A stretch of 25,029 bases of DNA, taken from positions 1-25,029 of the forward strand of contig JAPLDX010000067.1 in NCBI GenBank assembly GCA_026391215.1, given 5' to 3'. Positions 17,672-25,029 of the stretch are shown in pieces. This stretch comes from Bacteroidia bacterium (lineage in GTDB: Bacteria; Bacteroidota; Bacteroidia; Bacteroidales; VadinHA17). The position numbers were made by a program, and so were the translations under genes. Position 1 is the stretch's first letter; each line of letters starts with the position of its first letter. The notes below the pieces were generated by a model. The model had not been told where the DNA came from and made no database searches. It saw nothing but the letters and a program-made list of their open reading frames with translations.

Positions 17672-18108
17672 GAAATAGCATAAAGATCATTAGAAAAACA
17701 TTTCTTTTCGTAGCAATGGTGCTGTTTTTCTCCTGTGAAGATCCCGGATTAATTGTCATTAATTGTTCAGAATGTCTTACAGATGAGCCGGTCAATGCCA
17801 ATCTCACTATCAAACTTGAGCATGTGGATTATGATGTAAACATAAATATATATCAGGGTAATCTGGAAGACAGTATTTTATATGAATCATTCGCGACAAC
17901 AGCAAATGTAGCTTACAGGAAAGTACCCTTAAATAAGAAATATACGCTGACAGCTACATATTACATAAGTGGGAATAGTTATGTAGTCGTCAATTCTGTT
18001 GCTCCGCGTGCACTTTATGATGAAGATGATTGTGAAGAGCCCTGTTATTTTGTTTACAACAGTGATATTGACATGAGGCTAAAGTATACAAAGTACGGCG
18101 GCAACTGA
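17662..18108 (+). CDS. Hypothetical lipoprotein
   Basis: Lipobox FFS-C; Cys pairs NCSEC and DCEEPC; overlaps the ankyrin gene by 10 nt. Confidence 0.75.
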   Translation: MVLRNSIKIIRKTFLFVAMVLFFSCEDPGLIVINCSECLTDEPVNANLTIKLEHVDYDVNINIYQGNLEDSILYESFATTANVAYRKVPLNKKYTLTATYYISGNSYVVVNSVAPRALYDEDDCEEPCYFVYNSDIDMRLKYTKYGGN

Positions 18109-18115
18109 TATATCA

Positions 18116-18179
18116 TTGCTCCCTTGAACCTTTGTTCCATTGCACCGTTGTACCATTGCACCTTTGTACCGTTATACCT
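18116..18179. repeat. 8 x 8-bp tandem array (TTGYACCN), reverse complement of the 13980 family
   Basis: ttgctccc ttgaacct ttgttcca ttgcaccg ttgtacca ttgcacct ttgtaccg ttatacct. Confidence 0.9.
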
Positions 18180-18207
18180 ATCTTTATCCCCGTTTAAATC
18201 AAAGCTC

Positions 18208-18807
18208 ATGGAAACAACATTTCTAGATTCCAATCTGTTCAGCTATGTAATGCTACCGTTGCTAATATTCCTTGCCCGTATATGTGATGTATCTATAGGG
18301 ACCCTGAGAATAATATTTGTGTCAAAAGGGAAAAAGAATATAGCACCTATCCTTGGATTCTTTGAGGTCCTGATATGGATCATTGCGATAAGCAAAATTA
18401 TGCAAAATCTTGATAATTATATAAATTACATTGCTTATGCAGCCGGTTTTGCCACAGGCAATCTAGTAGGTATGATAATCGAGGAAAAGCTGGCAATGGG
18501 TATTCAGCTTATCAGGGTTTTCGCGCATCAGAACGGACCTGATCTGGTAAAGACCCTGAATACCAATGGTTTTGGAGCAACATCTGTTGAAGCTCATGGA
18601 GCCATTGAGAAGATTGATCTGATTTATACAATTGTGCAGCGCAATGAGCTTGAAAAGGTTCTTGATATAATTAATAAATTCAATCCCATGGCATTTTATA
18701 CTATTGAAGATGTAAAAGCGGTAAATGAGGGTATATTCCCACCCAGAAAAAATAACAGAGCCTTTCCTTTTGCGAATGTCCTGAGAAATTGGAGGAAGGG
18801 GAAATAA
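18208..18807 (+). CDS. UPF0316 / DUF2179-DUF5698 family membrane protein
   Basis: ARICDVSIGTLRII, GFFEVLIW, YAAGFATGNLVG..IEEKLA, PMAFYTIEDV; start reassigned to 18208 because the track extension is translated repeat. Confidence 0.85.
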   Translation: METTFLDSNLFSYVMLPLLIFLARICDVSIGTLRIIFVSKGKKNIAPILGFFEVLIWIIAISKIMQNLDNYINYIAYAAGFATGNLVGMIIEEKLAMGIQLIRVFAHQNGPDLVKTLNTNGFGATSVEAHGAIEKIDLIYTIVQRNELEKVLDIINKFNPMAFYTIEDVKAVNEGIFPPRKNNRAFPFANVLRNWRKGK

Positions 18808-18810
18808 AAA

Positions 18811-18834
18811 GGCTACCGGCGACCGGCAACCGGT
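18811..18834. repeat. 3 x 7-bp tandem repeat GGCNACC
   Basis: ggctacc ggcgacc ggcaacc ggt. Confidence 0.65.
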
Positions 18835-18864
18835 ATATATGATATTCAACATGCGATATTAATT

Positions 18865-18924
18865 CTTTGTTCTCCTTTGTGCTCTTAGTGTCCCGAGTAC
18901 CCGGGATTGTGTACCTTTGTGGTT
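18865..18924. repeat. Degenerate 9/10-bp array (CTTTGTGYY) interrupted by the palindrome TCCCGAGTACCCGGGA (18891-18906)
   Basis: ctttgttctc ctttgtgct cttagtg[tcccgagtacccggga]ttgtgtac ctttgtggt. Confidence 0.7.
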
Positions 18925-18946
18925 AATTTATAAAATAATATGCTCT

Positions 18947-19849
18947 ATGGAGGAATTCAGCAGTCATCCGTTATACCGCAGGCACACAATTGATAGTGCT
19001 ATGAGTTCATTATGGGACTTTTACAGGAAGAAGTTCCTTGTTTTGTTCATCTCTTCCTTCGTGATGTCTTTAATAATGCAGTACATCTCATCGACCATCG
19101 ATTTCACGGGCTTGACAGATATGACTGATCCGGTTAAGATGCTTGAAAAAGTCAGGGAGTTTATATGGCCGATGATACTTGTTTCAATTATCAACCTCCT
19201 TTTTACAACCATACTTCAATATTATATCATTTACAATCCGGTGAATCCCGATGTTAATATTTTTGTGTCATCGTACAAGTCGCTGAAGTATTTTATCCTC
19301 TACCTTATTATAATGGTGCTTTTTATATTTTTCGGCTCCTTTGCCCTGGTGCTTGGTCTTTTCGCACTTATAATCGGGGTATTTTTCGTTGCGCTCTATT
19401 TAATGACGATATATCTTTTTATTCTTCCTGTACTTATGGTCGAAGGTCCAAATATCGGCAACGCCATAAGCAGATCGTTTGGTTTGACACACAAAAACTT
19501 CTGGGCCAACATGGGCTGGGTGGCAGTATTTATCCTGATCCTTATTGTCATTTCTGTCGTTCTTTCAATGGTAGTTATGATCCCCTTTACAGGCAGCATC
19601 TTTAAAGGGATAACCAATCCGGAGGAAGCATTAAATACCCTAAATTATATGACCAATCCATGGTATTTAATACTTGGATCGCTGGCTAACGCGCTGACGT
19701 TCCCGCTGTTGCCGATCTTTGGGGCAATACTCTATTTCAATGGCAATGCAAAGGAACAAGAGATTCCTCTGGCAGTTCCGGAAGATAATCAGCCAGAGAA
19801 GATTAAGGTTGAAGACTTATACGCGAAGCCGAAAGAGGGAGATCAGTGA
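18947..19849 (+). CDS. Multi-pass membrane protein of unknown function
   Basis: About 6 hydrophobic segments; VLMVEG..IGNAISRSFGLT..NFW pattern; ATG 18947. Confidence 0.75.
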   Translation: MEEFSSHPLYRRHTIDSAMSSLWDFYRKKFLVLFISSFVMSLIMQYISSTIDFTGLTDMTDPVKMLEKVREFIWPMILVSIINLLFTTILQYYIIYNPVNPDVNIFVSSYKSLKYFILYLIIMVLFIFFGSFALVLGLFALIIGVFFVALYLMTIYLFILPVLMVEGPNIGNAISRSFGLTHKNFWANMGWVAVFILILIVISVVLSMVVMIPFTGSIFKGITNPEEALNTLNYMTNPWYLILGSLANALTFPLLPIFGAILYFNGNAKEQEIPLAVPEDNQPEKIKVEDLYAKPKEGDQ

Positions 19850-19850
19850 T

Positions 19851-20645
19851 TCAAACCTCATTTTCCCCCTTTACATACCCGAAGTTAGCAAGGATACCTC
19901 CGTCAACATAAAGAATATGACCATTGACGAAGTCAGCAGCTTTTGATGCAAGAAAGAGTGCTGCATTGGCAACATCTTCTGGTTCTCCCCATCTGGCGGC
20001 AGGTGTTCTGGTCATGACAAGATCATTGAAAGGATGTCCATTCTCGCGGATCGGAGCTGTCTGCGCAGTAGCAATGTACCCCGGTCCTATTCCATTGACC
20101 TGTATATTGTACTTTGCCCATTCACAGCACATATTCTGTGTAAGAAGCTTAAGTCCTCCTTTTGCAGATGCATAGGCAGAGACAGTGTTGCGTCCATAAA
20201 CGCTCATCATCGAGCACATGTTGATTATCTTGCCGCTGCGTTTTTCTATCATGCCGGGTGCGACACGCTTTGATATAATTAGCGGTGCAACAAGATCAAC
20301 ATCGATGACCTGCTTAAAATCAGCAACAGCCATATCAAGTATTGGTATGCGCTTTATTATGCCGGCATTGTTGACAAGGATATCAATGACCCCAATATGC
20401 TTTTCTATCTGTGATATCCCCTTATCAACATCCTTTTCATCGGTAACGTTGAACTTTAGAGTATAAACGTCCAGTCCTTCTTTCTTAAAGGCGTCCTTAC
20501 AGCTTTGCAACTTTTCATCCTGGATATCGTTTACGCAAACCCTTGCACCGGCTTTAGCAAGAATAAGTCCTATTGCAAGTCCTATCCCATGTGTGCCTCC
20601 GGTTACGAGAGTAACTTTTCCGGTTAAATCAAATAAATCTTTCAT
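19851..20645 (-). CDS. kduD: SDR gluconate 5-dehydrogenase-like enzyme, probably acting as 2-keto-3-deoxygluconate 5-dehydrogenase
   Basis: TGGTHGIG, NNAGIIKRIP, YASAKGGLK, QVNGIGPGYIAT; directly downstream of kduI. Confidence 0.8.
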   Translation of the reverse strand: MKDLFDLTGKVTLVTGGTHGIGLAIGLILAKAGARVCVNDIQDEKLQSCKDAFKKEGLDVYTLKFNVTDEKDVDKGISQIEKHIGVIDILVNNAGIIKRIPILDMAVADFKQVIDVDLVAPLIISKRVAPGMIEKRSGKIINMCSMMSVYGRNTVSAYASAKGGLKLLTQNMCCEWAKYNIQVNGIGPGYIATAQTAPIRENGHPFNDLVMTRTPAARWGEPEDVANAALFLASKAADFVNGHILYVDGGILANFGYVKGENEV

Positions 20646-20704
20646 TTTTTGAATATGAATAAATACTATATGTCTTTCAAAATAATTCTGCTCCAAATTT
20701 CAGC

Positions 20705-20817
20705 TGACCCCTGTCCGCTTCGCGGCCTGCCCCCTAAAAGGGGCCTAATGATCTATATATAAGCAAATTATCAGATCATTAGTGTATTAGCACCCCTTTA
20801 GGGGGGATGGGGGGTCA
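20705..20817. mobile_element. ~113-bp nested inverted-repeat element (REPIN/MITE-like)
   Basis: Termini tgacccc/ggggtca; inner ccccctaaaagggg/cccctttagggggg; perfect ctaatgatct/agatcattag; the right terminus supplies the kduI TGA. Confidence 0.65.
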
Positions 20818-21651
20818 CTTAAGTGTATCAGGATATCTTATGTCCATGTCGGCGTAATCGAGATTCTCACCTGCCATGCCCCATATAAACGTATAGTTTG
20901 ATGTTCCTGCTGCGCTATGGATGCTCCATGATGGTGACAGCACCGCCTGTTCATTCTTCATCCATATATGACGTGTCTCATCGGGATTACCCATAAAATG
21001 GCAGATACCCTGCTTCTCCGGCACTTCAAAATAAAAATATGCTTCCATCCTTCTGTTATGAGTATGGACCGGCATAGTATTCCAGACACTACCGGGTTTC
21101 AGTTCAGTCATTCCCATCTGCAGCTGGCAGGTAGGCAAAACATTGTTTACCAGCAACTTATTTATGGTCCTGTGATTTGATTCTTCGGGTGATCCCATTA
21201 CAGCAACCACTGCATCCTTAAGAGTTACTTTTCGGGAAGGATACTTATGATGAGCAGGAGCTGAGTTAATGTACAGTTTTGCAGGTTTTTCAGGATCTGC
21301 TGATTTAAATACAACATCTTTTGTTTCTTTTCCGAGGTAGAGAGCTTCTTTGTGTCCGATCTTAAAAACCTTGTCTGCCGTTTCAACGATTGCCGGACCT
21401 CCAACATTGATCATTCCTATTTCTCTTCTCTCAAGGAAATATGTCGATTTCAGATGGTCAGCCGTTTCAAGGGCAAGTGATTTCTTTACCGGCATGGCGC
21501 CTCCGACTATGTACCTGTCGTACAGGGAATATACAAGGGAGATCTCATCTTTTATAAAAACCTTTTCAATCAGGAATTCTTTTCTGATCTTTTCAGTGTC
21601 ATAACCTTTAAAATCAAGAGGATGTGAGGCGTAACGCAGTTCTACTTTCAT
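20815..21651 (-). CDS. kduI: 5-dehydro-4-deoxy-D-glucuronate isomerase
   Basis: [59 protein letters not shown]. Confidence 0.97.
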   Translation of the reverse strand: MKVELRYASHPLDFKGYDTEKIRKEFLIEKVFIKDEISLVYSLYDRYIVGGAMPVKKSLALETADHLKSTYFLERREIGMINVGGPAIVETADKVFKIGHKEALYLGKETKDVVFKSADPEKPAKLYINSAPAHHKYPSRKVTLKDAVVAVMGSPEESNHRTINKLLVNNVLPTCQLQMGMTELKPGSVWNTMPVHTHNRRMEAYFYFEVPEKQGICHFMGNPDETRHIWMKNEQAVLSPSWSIHSAAGTSNYTFIWGMAGENLDYADMDIRYPDTLK

Positions 21652-21760
21652 GATCGTAATTATAATTTACTTCGCTTGAGGTTAGTTGGAAAACAAAGAA
21701 TTGTAGTTGCTAAATTAGTCAATCCTGTTAAATAATGTTGAAATAATTAATAATAATTCC

Positions 21761-21782
21761 TATTTTCGTGAACGTTAACGAA
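21761..21782 (+). promoter_or_regulatory. Putative uxaC -7 box variant (TATTTTCG) overlapped by an 18-bp LacI-type palindrome
   Basis: ttcgtgaacgttaacgaa (21765-21782) is self-complementary at 16/18 positions with a central AACGTT. Confidence 0.6.
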
Positions 21783-21843
21783 GATTTATTTGGTATATTG
21801 CCAAACCAATAATGTTCCTTCCAATTATTAAACTCTTTCCGGT

Positions 21844-23238
21844 ATGAAATCATTCATTCATGAGGATTTTCTCCTCGGCAATAAGACTGCAGTTCATTTA
21901 TATCATCAATATGCTGAAGGCCAGCCAATAATCGATTTCCATTGTCATCTGTCCCCTTCCATGATTGCAGACGATCGCCAGTTTGAAAACCTTACACGCG
22001 CATGGCTTGAAGGCGATCATTACAAATGGCGCGCCATGAGGACTAACGGCATTAATGAGAAATTCTGCACAGGCAATGGCTCAGATCAGGAAAAATTCAT
22101 GAAATGGGCAGAAACAGTGCCCTTTACTATCGGGAATCCTCTATATCACTGGACACATCTTGAGCTTGCCAGGTACTTCAACCTTTTTGAACTGTTATCA
22201 CCGGCTACGGCAAAAGGAATTTATGATAAAGCCAACGCCCTGCTTCAGACAAAGGATTACAGCACCAGGTCGATGATGAAGAAAATGAATGTGAAAATTG
22301 TATGCACAACAGATGATCCTGCTGATAATCTTGAGTATCATAAGAAGCTGAAGGATTTTGAGATAAAGATATTACCGGCATGGCGGCCTGATAATGTCAT
22401 AAAAACTGAGGATCCGGCAAAGTTCAAAGCATACATTGAAAAGCTTGGCAAAGCTGGCGGAAAAGAAATAATGTCCTTCGGGGATCTCATTGAAACCCTT
22501 GATGAAAGGCATAAGTTTTTCCATGAGATGGGAGCAAGATTATCTGATCATGGCCTTGACCGTTTCTATTATGATTCATTCACATCTGCTGAGGCTGACA
22601 AGATATTTAAAAAGTTGCTGAAGGGAGAAAATCTCTCATATGAGGAATCGGAAAAGTACAAGACAGCAGTTATGACGGAATTATGCAGGATGAACCATAA
22701 AAGAAGATGGACTCAGCAATTCCATGTTGGAGCAATGAGAAATAATAATGCCCGTATGTTCGGGCAGATGGGGCCGGATACAGGCTGGGATTCAATAGGT
22801 GTCCCCCAAGATGCGCTTAAAATATCAAAGTTTCTCAGCAGTCTTGATGAAAGTGAACAGCTTTCAAAAACGATTCTTTATAATATAAATCCTGCGGATA
22901 ATGAATTGATGATCACTATGGCCGGTAACTTTAACGATGGTTCAACACCTGTAAAAGTACAGTACGGGGCAGCCTGGTGGTTCCTCGACCAGAAGAACGG
23001 CATGGAAAAACACCTGAAGGATCTTGCCTCGCTTGGATTGCTGAGCAGGTTTGCCGGTATGGTCACCGATTCCAGAAGCTTCCTCTCCTACCCCCGACAT
23101 GAATATTTCAGGCGTATTGTTTGCAATTATATCGGTGAAGAGGTTGAAAAAGGATTGATCCCTGATGAGGATGAACTACTTAAGCCAATAATAGAAGGGG
23201 TATCATATAAGAATGCAAAGGAGTATTTTGGATTTTAA
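21844..23238 (+). CDS. uxaC: Uronate (glucuronate) isomerase
   Basis: PIIDFHCHL, GDHYKWRAMR, GNPLYHWTHLEL, CTTDDP, GAAWWFLDQ, TDSRSFLSYPRHEYFRR. Confidence 0.98.
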   Translation: MKSFIHEDFLLGNKTAVHLYHQYAEGQPIIDFHCHLSPSMIADDRQFENLTRAWLEGDHYKWRAMRTNGINEKFCTGNGSDQEKFMKWAETVPFTIGNPLYHWTHLELARYFNLFELLSPATAKGIYDKANALLQTKDYSTRSMMKKMNVKIVCTTDDPADNLEYHKKLKDFEIKILPAWRPDNVIKTEDPAKFKAYIEKLGKAGGKEIMSFGDLIETLDERHKFFHEMGARLSDHGLDRFYYDSFTSAEADKIFKKLLKGENLSYEESEKYKTAVMTELCRMNHKRRWTQQFHVGAMRNNNARMFGQMGPDTGWDSIGVPQDALKISKFLSSLDESEQLSKTILYNINPADNELMITMAGNFNDGSTPVKVQYGAAWWFLDQKNGMEKHLKDLASLGLLSRFAGMVTDSRSFLSYPRHEYFRRIVCNYIGEEVEKGLIPDEDELLKPIIEGVSYKNAKEYFGF

Positions 23239-23340
23239 TGCCTCACCCCCTCCTGTCCCCCTCTCCCGGGAGAGAGGGGGAAGTCGAACATTATCAATGT
23301 ATTAGCCCCTCCCTCTTGGGGGAGGGGTTGGGGAGAGGCA
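23239..23340. mobile_element. ~102-bp C-rich/G-rich inverted-repeat element (BoxC/REPIN-like)
   Basis: Termini tgcctcacccc/ggggagaggca; internal hairpins at 23257-23280 and 23306-23327. Confidence 0.7.
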
Positions 23341-23368
23341 ATAGAATAAAAATTATAAAACGAAGATT

Positions 23369-24205
23369 ATGAACGATTTAAACCTTAAAAACAAAGTTGC
23401 TGTCATAACAGGTGGTGCCGGTGTTATATGCTCAGCTATGGCAAAAGCGCTGGCTGCCAATGGCGTAAAGACAGTCATCCTCGATCTGAATAAAGATACG
23501 GCTGTAGCTACAGCTGCAGAGATTGAGAAAACTTACAAAACACCTTCAATGGGCATCTCCGCGAGTGTGCTTGACAAAAGCTCTCTCGAAGCAGCAAGGA
23601 AAGAGGTAAATGACATGTTCGGCCCGGTGGATATTCTTCTCAACGGCGCCGGAGGAAATTCACCTGCAGCAACAACAAAGGTTGAAAAAATGGATGGTAG
23701 CGAGAATCCTGAAGAGACATTTTTCGGACTGCAAACTGAAGGTTTCGATAAGGTTTTTGACCTTAATTTCAAAGGCACTATTCTTCCCTCAATGGTTTTT
23801 GGAGCCGAAATGGTTAAGAAAAAATCAGGTGTGATAATCAATATTTCATCGATGAACTCTTACAGGCCTTTGACAAAAATTCCTGCATATTCCGCAGCCA
23901 AGGCAGCTGTTAATAATTTCACACAATGGCTCGCAGTGCATTTTTCAAAGACCGGCGTCAGAGTAAATGCAATTGCCCCGGGCTTCCTTGTGACAAACCA
24001 GAACAGGTTCCTCCTGTTTGATGAAAAAACAGGTGAACCAACGGCTAGATCGAAGAAAATAATCAACAGCACACCGATGGAAAGATACGGCACTCCTGAT
24101 GAACTTACCGGTACCCTGGTTTATCTGGCATCAGACCTGTCAAAATTTGTCACGGGAGTTGTTATACCGGTAGATGGGGGGTTTAGTGCATATTCCGGAG
24201 TTTAA
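23369..24205 (+). CDS. uxuB: SDR-type D-mannonate oxidoreductase (fructuronate reductase)
   Basis: TGGAGVIC, NGAGGNSP, PLTKIPAYSAAKAAVNNFTQWLAVH, DGGFSAYSGV; follows uxaC. Confidence 0.85.
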   Translation: MNDLNLKNKVAVITGGAGVICSAMAKALAANGVKTVILDLNKDTAVATAAEIEKTYKTPSMGISASVLDKSSLEAARKEVNDMFGPVDILLNGAGGNSPAATTKVEKMDGSENPEETFFGLQTEGFDKVFDLNFKGTILPSMVFGAEMVKKKSGVIINISSMNSYRPLTKIPAYSAAKAAVNNFTQWLAVHFSKTGVRVNAIAPGFLVTNQNRFLLFDEKTGEPTARSKKIINSTPMERYGTPDELTGTLVYLASDLSKFVTGVVIPVDGGFSAYSGV

Positions 24206-24269
24206 AATTCAAGATTCCAAATTCAAAATTACAGATGATTTGGAATCTGAAATCTGGAATCTGAAATCT
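24201..24269. repeat. Head-to-head heptamer tandem array, same family as 10715
   Basis: tttaaaa ttcaaga ttccaaa ttcaaaa ttacaga | tga | tttggaa tctgaaa tctggaa tctgaaa; 11-bp stem agattccaaat/atttggaatct. Confidence 0.85.
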
Positions 24270-24296
24270 CAAAATAATGATTAAAAGCAATTTAAA

Positions 24297-25029
24297 ATGA
24301 TATACTTTCAGTCAGGTTCACCAACAACAGTTATCAGTGCCAATGATCTGGAATATGGACTTTATTCAGCACTGGTAAAGCTCGGACAGAGAAAGAAAGT
24401 CCTTGTTATCCCTCCTGATTTTACAAGGTTCCATTCACGGGCCGGTGACATCACATCGCTGATTTACAAGTACTACAAAGAAAAGCTTAAGGATATTCTT
24501 CCCGCTTTAGGGACACATAAACCCATGACAGACAATGAACTGGTTGAGATGTTTAAAGGTGTTCCCAAAGAATTATTCCGGATCCACGACTGGAGAAAGG
24601 ACGTTGTTACAGTAGGAACAGTACCCGGAGAATACATATCTGAGATCACAAACGGAGCGCTGGATTATTCCTGGCCTGCCCAGCTTAACAAATTGGTTTT
24701 TAATGGTGGCCATGACCTGATACTGTCTGTAGGTCAGGTAGTTCCGCATGAAGTTATAGGGATGGCTAACTTTAATAAGAATCTTTTTGTAGGAACAGGC
24801 GGCCCTGAGGGGATAAACAAGAGCCATTTTGTGGGAGCTGTTTATGGCATTGAGAGAATCCTTGGAAAAGCGGATAATCCGGTACGAAGCATGCTCAACT
24901 ACGCGTCATCTCATTTTATTTCTCAGCTTCCTGTTGTATATGTGCATACGGTGATAGGCTATGACGAAAAGGGCAAGCTGGTAATACGCGGACTTTATAT
25001 CGGAGACGATGAAGATGTATTCAGTCTGG
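24297..25029 (+). CDS. LarA-superfamily nickel-pincer epimerase, GntE-like (D-mannonate/D-gluconate 2-epimerase); 3'-truncated
   Basis: Manual translation (not in the track): MIYFQSG...VIPPDFTRFHS...PALGTHKPM...QVVPHEVIGMANFNKNLFVG...SHFVG; matches LarA motifs DxTR, ALGTH, PH..K. Confidence 0.85.
   Translation, partial: MIYFQSGSPTTVISANDLEYGLYSALVKLGQRKKVLVIPPDFTRFHSRAGDITSLIYKYYKEKLKDILPALGTHKPMTDNELVEMFKGVPKELFRIHDWRKDVVTVGTVPGEYISEITNGALDYSWPAQLNKLVFNGGHDLILSVGQVVPHEVIGMANFNKNLFVGTGGPEGINKSHFVGAVYGIERILGKADNPVRSMLNYASSHFISQLPVVYVHTVIGYDEKGKLVIRGLYIGDDEDVFSL

Noticed and set aside
18116-18179. Short repeat arrays as CRISPR
   Set aside because: The units are 7-10 bp, directly tandem, with no spacers and no cas genes.
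24277-24300. 7-codon uORF (MIKSNLK) overlapping the larA-like start by ATGA
   Set aside because: Easily arises by chance in AT-rich leader sequence; no supporting signal.

Overview
Bacteroidota (probably anaerobic Bacteroidales) chromosomal window, inferred from gene content and TAnnTTTG-type promoter boxes. It is mostly housekeeping and metabolic genes: murB, mltG, half-size TauE, an outer-membrane beta-barrel protein, a frameshifted M28 peptidase, PIG-L deacetylase, a Zn-finger/ssb divergon, iorAB, a TonB-like pair, SRAP, a serine hydrolase, an ankyrin/barrel + lipoprotein pair, and a hexuronate locus (kduI-kduD / uxaC-uxuB-larA-family epimerase). Two edge-truncated genes are missing from the ORF track: a >1006-aa secreted fibre protein (3020 to <1, minus strand) and a LarA/GntE-like epimerase (24297 to >25029). 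The fibre protein has unrecognised 40-aa repeats, YadA-like repeats and an S74 chaperone, and its signal peptide is partly built from repeat DNA. Many intergenic gaps carry small repeat structures belonging to recurring families: 7-, 8- and 9-mer tandem arrays, TCCCGAG..CTCGGGA mini-palindromes, and two related ~100-bp inverted-repeat elements. A helically phased AAMCG box array lies between the Zn-finger gene and a tail-less ssb. No RNA genes, CRISPR arrays or transposases were seen. All family assignments come from motif recognition by eye, not from database searches.
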